DNA from: Gammaproteobacteria bacterium
Lineage (GTDB): Bacteria > Pseudomonadota > Gammaproteobacteria > Ga0077536
Assembly: GCA_020849475.1 (NCBI GenBank)
Contig: JADLGE010000023.1
Span: 8,153-72,152, forward strand
DNA: 64,000 nucleotides
Reading direction: 5' to 3'
This document shows, piece after piece, positions 17,083 through 26,849 of this stretch. Numbering within the stretch: the first letter of the stretch is position 1; each line of letters starts with the position of its first letter. The notes beneath the pieces were generated by a model. The model saw nothing but the letters and a program-made list of their open reading frames with translations, was not told the origin of the DNA and did not search any database. Made by a program: the position numbers and the translations under genes.

Positions 17083-18789
17083 CTAGCGCGCCAACGGCCC
17101 GCGCACCAACTGCCCGGGCAGGTTGCCGGTAGGCACATTGTTTTCGAGCAGCACTTCACCGTTGACGATGGAGGTGCTGATGCCGGTGGCGGTCTGCTTG
17201 AGGCGCTGTGCGCCGGCCGGCAAGTCGTTCACCAGTTCCGGCATGTTCTGCGCGATGGTGTCGGGGTCGAAGATCACGAGATCGGCATTCAAACCTTCAC
17301 GCACCAGGCCGCGGTCGTACAGGCCCCAGGCGGTCGCGGTGTCGTGGGTGATGAGGCGCACGGCTTCTTCCAAGGTGAAGGCCTGCTTGTCCCGCACCCA
17401 GTGGCTCAACAGATGCGTCTGCAAGGATGAATCCATGATCTGCGCGACATGCGCGCCGGAGTCGGAGAACGTCACCACGCTGCGCGGGTGCTTCATCATG
17501 GTCAGCACATGATCCTGGTCCTCGTTGGCAAGCGGCTGACGGAAGAAGGCATTGCCATTGGTTTCAAGCGCGATGTCGATCATGGCCTCGGCGCCGCTCA
17601 CGCCGCGCTCACGCGCAACGTCGCTCATCAAGAGCTCATCGCCAATGCCGCGCATGTAATAGAACCAGTCCCATTCCGGCGGACGCGCTTCGGCGCCGAC
17701 GATTTCGGGACCGTTGTACGGCGCGTTGGCGACTTCGACCAGCTTGCGCTTGACCGCCGGGTCGCGCAGCAGCGCCAGCTGTTCATCGATGGGCTTGGCG
17801 CGGATGTCGCGCCACACGTCCCAATTGTCGAATGGCGTATGGGATTTGAACGACAGCAGCGTCGAGATGGAGCGGCTGTGGGCCTGCACGAACATGCGCC
17901 CGCCGGCCGCGCATACATCGTTGGCGAGCTGGTAGTAATCCGGCCACACGTCGGGCGCGATGCGGATGCTGGGCATGCCGAAAGTGATGGGCACACCGGA
18001 TTCCACTGCGAGCGTGGTCAGGCGTTCGAAGTAATCCTTCTTGCGCCGCTCACTGCGGCCCGGCGCTTCGCCGGCCAGTTCGAAAATGCCGGCGCCGGTC
18101 TCGCCCATGGCATTGACGATGGCGCGCACTTCCGACCAGTCGGCGATGCGGCTCGCCACGGGGCGGTCGTCGGCGGTCTGATGGTTGTAGGTGCGCGAAG
18201 TCGAGAAGCCGATCGCCCCGGCGCGCACTGCGTCCTGCACTTCGAACTGCATGCGTTTCAATTCATCGGGCGTGGCTTGCTCGCTGAACGCACGCTCGCC
18301 CATCACGTAAGTGCGCAGCGCCGAGTGGCCGATGTAACCGCCGTAGTTGATGCCCTTGGGCAAGCCATCGAGCACGTCGAGATATTCGCGGAAGGTTTCC
18401 CAGCGCCAGTTGATGCCGGCGCGCATCGCGTCGCGCGACAGATCCTCGGCGCGTTCGAGATTGCGGAACACCATGTCGGCGTCTTTCGCCGCGCAGGGCG
18501 CGAGCGTGAAGCCGCAGTTGCCCATGATGACGGTGGTGACGCCGTGGTAGCAGGAGCAGGAGCCGAGCGGGTCCCAGAAGATCTGGGCGTCCATGTGGGT
18601 GTGGCCATCGACGAAGCCCGGCGACACGATTTGGCCGCCGGCATCGATGCTGCGCTGCGCGCGCTCGTTGATGCGACCAATCTTGACTATCTTGCCGCCC
18701 TTCACGCCGACGTCCGCCGCAAAGCGCGGGCCACCGGAACCGTCCACCACGAAGCCGTTCTTGATCACGAGGTCGTACATCGTCGCCAC
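17083..18789 (-). CDS. N-acyl-D-amino-acid deacylase (D-aminoacylase) family amidohydrolase
   Basis: 568 aa. N-terminus MYDLVIKNGFVVDGSGGP...IVSPGFVDGHTHMD...GVTTVIMGNCGF is the hallmark of D-aminoacylases. Confidence 0.85.
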   Translation of the reverse strand: MATMYDLVIKNGFVVDGSGGPRFAADVGVKGGKIVKIGRINERAQRSIDAGGQIVSPGFVDGHTHMDAQIFWDPLGSCSCYHGVTTVIMGNCGFTLAPCAAKDADMVFRNLERAEDLSRDAMRAGINWRWETFREYLDVLDGLPKGINYGGYIGHSALRTYVMGERAFSEQATPDELKRMQFEVQDAVRAGAIGFSTSRTYNHQTADDRPVASRIADWSEVRAIVNAMGETGAGIFELAGEAPGRSERRKKDYFERLTTLAVESGVPITFGMPSIRIAPDVWPDYYQLANDVCAAGGRMFVQAHSRSISTLLSFKSHTPFDNWDVWRDIRAKPIDEQLALLRDPAVKRKLVEVANAPYNGPEIVGAEARPPEWDWFYYMRGIGDELLMSDVARERGVSGAEAMIDIALETNGNAFFRQPLANEDQDHVLTMMKHPRSVVTFSDSGAHVAQIMDSSLQTHLLSHWVRDKQAFTLEEAVRLITHDTATAWGLYDRGLVREGLNADLVIFDPDTIAQNMPELVNDLPAGAQRLKQTATGISTSIVNGEVLLENNVPTGNLPGQLVRGPLAR

Positions 18790-18941
18790 TCACTGTGAGA
18801 GAAACTCAAGCGAGATTAGCACACCAAAACCGGCGAACCCGCCAACCCATTAGTAGGTATCTCAACCCCGTCGCGCGGGTCAGCGCCAAACCGGTGACGC
18901 TGCGCCTACAATTGCCCCACCACCCGCAGGAGATCCCGCGC

Positions 18942-20114
18942 ATGCCGGCTTACAGCATCATCGACGTCGATACTCATGTCACCGAGTCGGCGGATCTGTG
19001 GACCAGCCGCGTGCCGGCGCGCATGCGCGACGCGGTGCCACAGCTCGTCAAGGACAAACGCGGACGACATATGTGGTTTTTGAACGGCAAGCCGATTGCG
19101 AAACTCGGCTTGTCGGCGACCGCCGGCGTCGGCGACATGAAAGACCCGCCCGATCACTATGACGACATGCATCCCGGCGCCTTCGATGCCAAGGCACGCC
19201 TCGCCTACATGGACAAGATGGGCATCTGGGCGATGGTCATGTATCCCAATGTCGGCGGCTTCGGCAGCCAGGTGTTCCTGCAGCTTGGCGATCCGGAACT
19301 GATGCTGACCTGCGTGAAGGTCTACAACGACTGGCAGACCGAGTGGGCGTCGGCCGACAGTCGCCGCCTGTTGCCCATCATCTCCACGCCGTTCTGGGAC
19401 GTGAATGCCGCCGTCGCCGAGGTGCGCCGCTGTGCGGCCATGGGCCATCGCGGCATCCTCTTCACTGGTGAACCGCAGTCTTTCGGGCAGCCGGTGATTG
19501 GCGACCCGTACTGGAATCCACTTTGGGAAGTGGCGGTGGAACTCGATTTACCGATCAGCTTCCACATCGGTTCCGGCAACATGGAGTCGGGCCTGCAGAA
19601 ACAGAAGATGCAAGTCTATGGGCGCATGGCGGCGTTCACGGAAGTGTCGGTCGCCTACTTCATGCGTAACGGCGTGCAGATGGCCGATCTGATTCTGTCA
19701 GGCGTGCTGGCGCGCTATCCCACGATCAAGTTCGTATCGGTGGAAAGCGGCATCGGCTGGATTCCCTTCCTGCTCGAAGCGCTCGACTACCAGTTTCTCG
19801 GCAACCGGGTAAGTGAAGAGCGCCCCGATCTCGATCTGCTGCCTTCGCAGTATTTCGCGCGCAACATCTACGGCTGCTACTGGTTTGAGCAGACCGCGCC
19901 GCGCCGCCTGCTCGATAAGGTCGGCATCGACAACATCCTGTTCGAAACCGATTTTCCACATCCGACCTCGCTTTTCGGCAAGGACGTACACGCGCGCATC
20001 GCCACCGGTCTTGCTGAATGCAGCGAAGAAGCGCGACGCAAGATTCTGTGGAGCAACGGCCAGCGTCTGTACAAGGTGGAGGAACCGGGCGCGGCGGATC
20101 TCGCGCGCGCCTGA
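18942..20114 (+). CDS. Amidohydrolase-2 family metal-dependent hydrolase/decarboxylase (ACMSD-like)
   Basis: Start refined to MPAYSIIDVDTHV (metal-binding HxH near the N-terminus). Later signatures include ILFETDFPHP. Divergent from the D-aminoacylase gene. Confidence 0.8.
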   Translation: MPAYSIIDVDTHVTESADLWTSRVPARMRDAVPQLVKDKRGRHMWFLNGKPIAKLGLSATAGVGDMKDPPDHYDDMHPGAFDAKARLAYMDKMGIWAMVMYPNVGGFGSQVFLQLGDPELMLTCVKVYNDWQTEWASADSRRLLPIISTPFWDVNAAVAEVRRCAAMGHRGILFTGEPQSFGQPVIGDPYWNPLWEVAVELDLPISFHIGSGNMESGLQKQKMQVYGRMAAFTEVSVAYFMRNGVQMADLILSGVLARYPTIKFVSVESGIGWIPFLLEALDYQFLGNRVSEERPDLDLLPSQYFARNIYGCYWFEQTAPRRLLDKVGIDNILFETDFPHPTSLFGKDVHARIATGLAECSEEARRKILWSNGQRLYKVEEPGAADLARA

Positions 20115-20127
20115 TGGGCTAAAGGCG

Positions 20128-20445
20128 ATGTCAGAAACCCCGGTCACGAGCGCCTGCGTCGAATTTCGCGAGACTCTCGCACGACACATCAAGGAACTGA
20201 CGCGCGCCGACCCGGAGCGTCACGGCACGGCCTGGTATTTCCTGCGGTATCTGCAGCGCGTCGCCAAGCGCGCGCACGCGAGCCCCAAGGCCAGTGAGGC
20301 GAGTGGCGCGATGCGCGGGCTGACAAGGTTTTATGTCGATTCAGCGGCGAACGATGCCGACTTGAGCGCGCGTTTCGACGACGTGCTGGCGGCGCATCGT
20401 CATGCGCTGCGCGTTGAGCACAGCACCCCTGCTGATGGCTATTGA
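20128..20445 (+). CDS. Hypothetical small protein
   Basis: Inner in-frame Met (MSETPVTSACVEFRE...) of the 210-aa track ORF. The 5' part of that ORF overlaps the preceding amidohydrolase-2 gene in another frame. No recognisable domain. Confidence 0.3.
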   Translation: MSETPVTSACVEFRETLARHIKELTRADPERHGTAWYFLRYLQRVAKRAHASPKASEASGAMRGLTRFYVDSAANDADLSARFDDVLAAHRHALRVEHSTPADGY

Positions 20446-20450
20446 CGTGT

Positions 20451-20528
20451 AGGTGCGACAAATTCCCACATTCATCTCCAATCGGGCGACCGCGCGCCGC
20501 CACTCAATGTGCGAATTTGTCGCACCTG
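20451..20528. repeat. Family A element, paired form with co-varying arms
   Basis: U = AGGTGCGACAAATTCCCACATTCA. U' = AATGTGCGAATTTGTCGCACCTG. The ACAAATT / AATTTGT variant is present in both arms. Confidence 0.8.
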
Positions 20529-20548
20529 CAAGCTACGCCCCCGTCAGA

Positions 20549-22894
20549 TCACACCGCGATGCGCTGCATCTCCCCCGTCGCCCGGTGCAAATCCTCGAAC
20601 AGCTCCGCGAGTGGCACCGGCTTGCCGATGCCATAGCCCTGCAGGTAATCGATGCCCAAGCGCGTCAGCACTTCGGCCTGCTGTGGCCCTTCGACGAATT
20701 CGGCGACGGTGGTCTTGTCCATGATGCGCGCGACCTCGGCAATCGAGCGCACCATCGCTTCGTCGAGTCGGTCGAGGGCGATGTTGCGCACGAAGATGCC
20801 ATCTATCTTGACCACGTCCACCGGCAAAGCTTTCAAGTAGGCAAACGACGACAGGCCGCTGCCGAAATCATCCAGCGCGAAACGGAAGCCGAGCTGCTTG
20901 AGACCGTTGATGAAGGACTGCGCGGTGTTGATGCTGGCGATGGCAGCGGTCTCGGTGATCTCGAAACAGAACTTCGCGGGCGGCAGATGATGCTTGCAAA
21001 ACTGCTGTTCGATGAAGCTCTGCAACTCCTGGTCTGCGAGTGACTGGCCGGAAATGTTGATGGAGCACGATTCAATCAAGGCCAGGCAATCGCGATGGGC
21101 GGCGAACCATTCGCAGGCGTGACGAATCACCCAGCGGTCGATACGCGGCGCGAGGCCGAAGCGCTCGGCCGCCGGCAGGAACAGGCCGGGCGAGATCATC
21201 GCGCCACGGTCGTCACGCATGCGCACCAGGATCTCGAGATGCGTCGACGGCGCCTCGGGGCGGCTGCGGGTGGCGCGTATCGGCTGCGCGTGCAGTTCGA
21301 AGCGGTCGTTTTCAAGCGCGCGGTTGATGACCGCCACCGAATCGACCTGCTGGCGATGGCGATTCAACTCGGCGTCGTCGGGGTCGAACTGGTAGACGCG
21401 CCCGCGGCCCATTTCCTTGGCCGCGTAGCACGCGGCATCGGCCGCCTTCATCACGCTCGCGGCGCTGGAATCAGGCGACAGCAGCGCCACCAGGCCGATG
21501 CTCACGCCGGCGTTGAAGAACTTGTCTTCCCAGGCGAAGCGATGCGCTTCGATGGCCTTGCACAGCTTGTCGGCGATGGCGCTGGCCTGGGCGCGCGTGC
21601 AGTGCTCGAGCAGGATCGCAAACTCATCACCGCCGAGTCGCGCCACCGCGTCGTGTTTGCGCACATGTTCGCGCAACAGCGCCGCGACCTCGCGCAGCAT
21701 GGCATCGCCCGCTTCATGGCCGCAGGCGTCATTGATGACCTTGAAGCTGTCGAGATCGAGATACAGCACCGCGTGCTGGGTGCTGTCGATGCGTATCGAC
21801 TCCAGCGCGCGCTTCAAGCGGGTTTCAAATTCGTGGCGATTCAGAAGCTCGGTCAGTTCATCGTGGGTTGCCTGGTAGGCCAAGCGGTCGGCCATGATGC
21901 GCGTGGTGGTGACGTCCTGAATCTGTACGATGGCGCGCACCCCGCCCTCGGTCGAACGCGGAATCGGCGAACCCGACACCATCACCCACAGCGGCGCGCC
22001 GTGGCTCGATGACTGGCGAGTCTCCAGGCAGAACTCGGTGATGCGTCCATCCAGCAAGGCGCTGAAGCGCTCCATCAGGCGCGCGCTGTCGACCGCGTCG
22101 GCGAGCGCCCAGAACGGCCGGTTTTTCCAATAGTCGGCGCCGGTCGCGTAGATGCCTTCGGTGACGCGGTTGGCGTGCACCACCGCGCCGTCGGCGTCGA
22201 TGAGCAGCATGCCGATGGGGGCGTTGTGGAACGCACTGGCGAAACGCGCCTCGGTCTGCTGCAGCGCCGAGGCCAGCTCCGCGGAACGATTGAAATGCCG
22301 GCTGTAATGGCGACCGGCGGACAACAGTGCCACACCGAACAACACCGCCATCAGTGCCAGCGTGCGAAACGCCGCGTTGTCATGCAGGGCGCACCACAAG
22401 GTCACGGGGATCAGCATCAAAGGTACGTACAGCCGGTAGCTGTTCAGCACCGGCGACAGATGCACGATGCCGCCGGCGCACAGGCCGGCCAGCACCAGGA
22501 TGGCGAGAAACTGATGTTCGAACGGCACGCCCGTCATCAACAGCAGTACGCCGATGCCCCAGGTCAGCCCGGTCAAGGCCACCAGCGCGCTGAACTGCTG
22601 CTCGGCCTGCGTCACCGGCAGGCGACTGGGGCCGGCCAGATAGCGCGCGCGCTGCTGCATGCGCAGCAGGCACAAGGCGCCGAGCCCGAGATACCAGCCG
22701 CCGAGCACGCCGTGATTGCCATAGGGCCACCACAGGCACAGCAGCAAGGTCGCGAGCGCGAGGTTACAGATGAATCCGAGCTGCGCCTGTTGGTGCACAT
22801 AGCCCAGGCGCAATTCACGCAAAGAGGTCTGCGCGGCGTCGCTGGGCACGTATTCAAGGGCCTGCGATGGATGGGTGGCGGCGGCCGAAAGCAT
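20549..22894 (-). CDS. Membrane-anchored sensory diguanylate cyclase/phosphodiesterase (multi-TM N-terminus, PAS, GGDEF, EAL)
   Basis: About 8 hydrophobic helices at the N-terminus, a PAS region, GGDEF motif RLGGDEFAIL, and EAL-domain motifs (CFEITETAAI, ALDDFGSGLSSFAYLK). Start is uncertain: Met-53 of the track ORF is used here. Confidence 0.8.
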   Translation of the reverse strand: MLSAAATHPSQALEYVPSDAAQTSLRELRLGYVHQQAQLGFICNLALATLLLCLWWPYGNHGVLGGWYLGLGALCLLRMQQRARYLAGPSRLPVTQAEQQFSALVALTGLTWGIGVLLLMTGVPFEHQFLAILVLAGLCAGGIVHLSPVLNSYRLYVPLMLIPVTLWCALHDNAAFRTLALMAVLFGVALLSAGRHYSRHFNRSAELASALQQTEARFASAFHNAPIGMLLIDADGAVVHANRVTEGIYATGADYWKNRPFWALADAVDSARLMERFSALLDGRITEFCLETRQSSSHGAPLWVMVSGSPIPRSTEGGVRAIVQIQDVTTTRIMADRLAYQATHDELTELLNRHEFETRLKRALESIRIDSTQHAVLYLDLDSFKVINDACGHEAGDAMLREVAALLREHVRKHDAVARLGGDEFAILLEHCTRAQASAIADKLCKAIEAHRFAWEDKFFNAGVSIGLVALLSPDSSAASVMKAADAACYAAKEMGRGRVYQFDPDDAELNRHRQQVDSVAVINRALENDRFELHAQPIRATRSRPEAPSTHLEILVRMRDDRGAMISPGLFLPAAERFGLAPRIDRWVIRHACEWFAAHRDCLALIESCSINISGQSLADQELQSFIEQQFCKHHLPPAKFCFEITETAAIASINTAQSFINGLKQLGFRFALDDFGSGLSSFAYLKALPVDVVKIDGIFVRNIALDRLDEAMVRSIAEVARIMDKTTVAEFVEGPQQAEVLTRLGIDYLQGYGIGKPVPLAELFEDLHRATGEMQRIAV

Positions 22895-23263
22895 AGTCGT
22901 GAAGTCCGTCAGGCTGCGCCAAGGCGCAAGGTTCGAGTTCGTGGGCATGGGGACGAGGCTTGCGCGACACCGCGCAGGGGCGGCCTCATGACGGCTGCGC
23001 GGAGGATGGGGCGCGGCACAATCAAGCGCAGGGGCAGGCGCACATGCCAAGCGCGCGCAGCGGTCATGTCACCGCTACCGGCAGTCCAGGCACGCAAACG
23101 CCGCTGAGACATAAGCCCTCCGATCGGGCGCCGTCACTGTCTCGCGTCCACGGTGGATCTGCGCTCCGCGGCGACTGACGCTCAGGGGTTAGCGACCCGA
23201 GGCTGGCATGCCTTTAATTTCGCGCGCGACACAGCATCGCGAATGGCCACGTTACAATGGCCC

Positions 23264-24361
23264 ATGACCCGAATTCTCGCTCACTACCATATTGGCGGCG
23301 TGGCCGCCGACATCGAGGCGCGCGCCGCCGCCCTCGCCCTGGAACAAAGCATCGAGATGCCGCTGACAGCGGTCGCCAGCCGCTACGTGCGCGATGAAGT
23401 GGTGGCGCGCGTCGCGAACATCCGCGCGCTCGGCCCCGCGCTGCACGAAGTGACGCTCGCTATCGCGACGGCCACCGTCGGGCGTGACATCGGCCAACTC
23501 ATGAACATGCTGTTCGGCAACTGTTCGCTGCAGGACGATGTGGTGCTGCACGATGTTGAACTGCCCGCGACCCTGCTCAGCCACTGGCGCGGACCGCGTC
23601 ACGGCCTCGCCGGCCTGCGCACACTGGTGGGCGCCGGTCCGCGCGCCTTGACCATGACGGCGCTGAAACCCCAGGGCCTGCCGGCCACCGAACTCGCGCA
23701 GCTGGCGGCCACCTTCGCCGACGCCGGCATCGACATCATCAAGGATGACCACGGCATCGCCGACCAGGACTATGCGCCGTTCGCGGCGCGGGTGGTGGCC
23801 TGCCAGCAGGCCGTGGCACGCGCCAACGCCGCCCGCGGCGGCCACAGCGTCTACGCCCCGACCCTGTCCGGCGGCCCGCGCCAGCTCGCCGCCCAGGCGC
23901 ATATCGTGCGCGAGGAAGGCGTGCGCATGGTGCTGGCCTGTCCTTTGCTGATGGGCCTGCCGGTGTTCGATGAACTGCTACGCCACGAACTCGATTGCGC
24001 GGTGCTGGCGCACCCGGCCCTGGGCGGCGCCGCGCGCATCGCGCCGCCGCTGCTGTTCGGCAAGCTGTTCCGCATGCTCGGCGCCGATGCCACGGTGTTT
24101 CCGAATCACGGCGGACGCTTCAGCTACAGCCCCGCGACCTGCCAGGCACTGGCGCAGGCCGCGCTCGCGCCCTGGCACGATTACGCACCCTGCGCGCCGG
24201 TGCCGGCCGGCGGCATGAGTGTCGAGCGCGTCGCCGAGATGCTGGACTTCTACGGTCGCGACGTCATTCTTCTCATCGGCGGCGCGCTGCTGGCGGCCGG
24301 CGACGCGCTGCCGGCGCGCGCGCGCGAATTCGTCAGCCGCGTCCACGCCGCCACGCTTTGA
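23264..24361 (+). CDS. RuBisCO-like protein (form IV RLP, RuBisCO large-subunit family)
   Basis: Start refined to MTRILAHYH. RuBisCO large-chain active-site region conserved as DIIKDDHGIADQDY (KDDH in place of KDDE) and KPQGL in place of KPKLGL. About 365 aa, too short for a bona fide RuBisCO. No small subunit or cbb genes nearby. Confidence 0.85.
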   Translation: MTRILAHYHIGGVAADIEARAAALALEQSIEMPLTAVASRYVRDEVVARVANIRALGPALHEVTLAIATATVGRDIGQLMNMLFGNCSLQDDVVLHDVELPATLLSHWRGPRHGLAGLRTLVGAGPRALTMTALKPQGLPATELAQLAATFADAGIDIIKDDHGIADQDYAPFAARVVACQQAVARANAARGGHSVYAPTLSGGPRQLAAQAHIVREEGVRMVLACPLLMGLPVFDELLRHELDCAVLAHPALGGAARIAPPLLFGKLFRMLGADATVFPNHGGRFSYSPATCQALAQAALAPWHDYAPCAPVPAGGMSVERVAEMLDFYGRDVILLIGGALLAAGDALPARAREFVSRVHAATL

Positions 24362-24378
24362 ACAGAGAGCGCAATCCC

Positions 24379-24828
24379 ATGAGCAACGACACCCATCGCC
24401 GCCACGACGGCGAGTTTCATTGGCAGGACGTCGAGGTGCTGGCCTACAAGCAGAGCGGCGAGGCGCCCTTCAAGGACGTCACCCGCCAGGTATTGTTCGA
24501 AGACCCGGATCTCGGCTGCCAGTGGCGCTATTTCGAAGTCGCGCCGGGCGGCCACACCACGCTCGAACGTCACCAGCACGTGCACGCCGTGATGGTGGTG
24601 CGCGGCCATGGTCGCGCGCTGGTCGGCGCGCACATCCATGAGCTGGCGAATCACGACCTGGTGAAAGTCCCAGCCCTGACCTGGCACCAGTTCCGCGCCC
24701 CGGACGACCAGCCGCTGGGGTTCCTGTGCCTGGTGAATGCTGAACGCGATCGCCCGCAGTTGCCGCAGGCGGAGGATCTGGAGGAGCTGCGGGCAGACGC
24801 GGCGACGGCGGAGTTCATCCGGGTCTGA
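24379..24828 (+). CDS. Cupin-domain protein
   Basis: 149-aa ORF 17 nt after the RLP stop (start MSNDTHRR, AGAGAG upstream). His-rich cupin metal motif GGHTTLERHQHVHAVMVVRGHG plus a second motif HIHELANHD. Confidence 0.7.
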   Translation: MSNDTHRRHDGEFHWQDVEVLAYKQSGEAPFKDVTRQVLFEDPDLGCQWRYFEVAPGGHTTLERHQHVHAVMVVRGHGRALVGAHIHELANHDLVKVPALTWHQFRAPDDQPLGFLCLVNAERDRPQLPQAEDLEELRADAATAEFIRV

Positions 24829-24871
24829 CATCCGGTGTCACAACAGGAATGTCAGACTGAAGTCTGACTTT
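24822..24871. repeat. Family B hairpin element (opposite orientation, nested)
   Basis: GTCTGACA ... AATGTCAGAC-TGAA-GTCTGACTTT directly after the cupin stop. Confidence 0.7.
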
Positions 24872-25005
24872 CGAGGCAAATGACAACGCTGCATCGGGCT
24901 CGCAATAAAGCCCTTGTGTAGACCGGCCACCGCCCCCCGTCACCGCTATTGCCGCCCCCTGCCCCACGGGCTATGTTCGCCGCTCGCAAGATCGGGGGGA
25001 GAGTC

Positions 25006-26838
25006 ATGGTCGCGCACCGCTATTGGAAGTTTTTCGCGCTGCTGGTTGCGGTGTTGGGCGGGCTGCCCGCATTCGCCGCTGGCGACGGCAAGGATGATTT
25101 GAGCCCCATCGCCGACAGCGAATGGGACCGCGCCCACGCCGCGCATCTGCTCGAACGCGCAGGCTTCGGCGGCACGCCGGCGGAAATCGACAAGCTTGCA
25201 CACATGACGCCGCGCCAGGCGGTGCGTTACCTGGTCTATTTCGAAGGTGTGGATGCCAAGGCCATCGAGGGCCAGGCCGCGTTCGATGAATCCGGCATCT
25301 TCGAGCCGGGGCTCGATCCTTTTCCGCCCAGCCGCCCAGCCACCACCGAACTCGCCAAGGCCAAGGGCGAGGCCTTGGGCGTCAAGGTCAAGGCCAGCGG
25401 CAACCGTCCCTACCAGCCGGTGGTCGACAAATTCTTCTACTGGTTACGCGCCAGTCGTCTCGAAACCGACCGCGTCGCCTACTGGTGGGCGAACCGCATG
25501 GTGTCGTCGCCGACGCCGCTGAAAGAAAAGATGGCGGTGTTCTGGCACGGCCATTTCACCAGTAGCGAAGAGAAGGTGCGTGACTACCGCAAGATGCTGC
25601 GCCAGCTCACGCTGTTCCAGGACCAGGGCCTCGGCAACTTCCGCACCCTGCTCATCGGCGCCGCGCAGGACCCGGCCATGCTCACCTACCTCGATGCCGG
25701 CGTGAACGTGAAAGGCGCGCCCAACGAAAACTTCGCCCGCGAGATCATGGAAATGTTCACCATGGGCGTCGGCAACTACAGCGAGCACGACATCCGCGAA
25801 GCGGCGCGCGCCTTCACCGGCTGGTACTACAGCGGTCTGGAATTCAAGATCGATGCCGCCAAGCACGACGACGGCGAAAAGGAATTCCTGGGCGCCAAGG
25901 GCAACTTTGACGGCATTCAGGTTATCGACCACATCCTCGCGCAAGACGCCACCAGTCAATACATCGCCGCAAGACTCTACCGTTACCTGGTGCGCGACGA
26001 GCTTTCGCCGACACTGAAAGCCGCGCTCGCCGCACGCCTGAAGACCGGCAATTACGACATCGCCGCGTACCTCGAGACGCTGTTCCTGTCTCACGACTTC
26101 TACAGCCCCGCGTCGGTCGCGACGCGCATCAAGAGCCCGGTGGAACTCGTGATCTCGACCTATCACAAGCTCGGTCTCGTGACCGTGCCGGGCGCGCCGG
26201 ACTTCAACCTCCTGACCGAGTCACTCGGCCAGCGCCTCATGCATCCGCCGACCGTCGCCGGCTGGAGCTATGGCCGCAGCTGGGTGACGCCGAGTCTCTT
26301 GATCGAACGCGGCAACTTCGCGCTCGACGTGATGTTCCCCGACATCGAGTTCATTGCCGCCGATCGCTACCCGGTCTATCCCACCGGCGACGAAATTCGC
26401 CAGGTGCACGAGCGCATACGCGCCGGCCTCGACATGACCGCCGCCACCGCGCCGGTCGCCAAGGACGGGGGCCGCGACATGATGGCAATGTCCAACCAGG
26501 TCGAGCACGCCGAGGAATTCAACACCCGCTATGCCAGCTATCGCGGCTGGCAGATGGCGATTGAACGCGTCAAGCCGATACCGCGCGATGCACCGCGCGT
26601 GGAGTTGACGCGCATGGTGATGAGCAATGAACTCGCGACGCCGGCGGCGGTGGTCGATTACTTCATCGCGCGCTTCCTGTCGGTGCCACTCGACGTCGCT
26701 ACCCGCCAGAAACTGATCGCGAGCTTCACCACCGAACTCGGCACCAGCGACGTGCTGGCGGCGGCGAGCTACATGGAAGATCCCCTGCGCTTGCTGCTGC
26801 ATTTATTGCTGAGCCGCCCCGAGTACCAGTTAGGTTGA
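25006..26838 (+). CDS. DUF1800 family protein (secreted)
   Basis: Start refined to MVAHRYWKFFALLVAVLGGLPAFAAG (signal peptide; GGGGGAGAG SD upstream). About 610 aa, typical DUF1800 size. Paired with the downstream DUF1501 gene. Confidence 0.75.
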   Translation: MVAHRYWKFFALLVAVLGGLPAFAAGDGKDDLSPIADSEWDRAHAAHLLERAGFGGTPAEIDKLAHMTPRQAVRYLVYFEGVDAKAIEGQAAFDESGIFEPGLDPFPPSRPATTELAKAKGEALGVKVKASGNRPYQPVVDKFFYWLRASRLETDRVAYWWANRMVSSPTPLKEKMAVFWHGHFTSSEEKVRDYRKMLRQLTLFQDQGLGNFRTLLIGAAQDPAMLTYLDAGVNVKGAPNENFAREIMEMFTMGVGNYSEHDIREAARAFTGWYYSGLEFKIDAAKHDDGEKEFLGAKGNFDGIQVIDHILAQDATSQYIAARLYRYLVRDELSPTLKAALAARLKTGNYDIAAYLETLFLSHDFYSPASVATRIKSPVELVISTYHKLGLVTVPGAPDFNLLTESLGQRLMHPPTVAGWSYGRSWVTPSLLIERGNFALDVMFPDIEFIAADRYPVYPTGDEIRQVHERIRAGLDMTAATAPVAKDGGRDMMAMSNQVEHAEEFNTRYASYRGWQMAIERVKPIPRDAPRVELTRMVMSNELATPAAVVDYFIARFLSVPLDVATRQKLIASFTTELGTSDVLAAASYMEDPLRLLLHLLLSRPEYQLG

Positions 26839-26849
26839 GCAAGGACATC

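Noticed and set aside
23264-24361. Bona fide RuBisCO large subunit
   Set aside because: Only about 365 aa, KDDH instead of KDDE, KPQGL instead of KPKLGL, and no small subunit, CbbX/CbbR or carboxysome genes nearby. Called form IV RLP instead.
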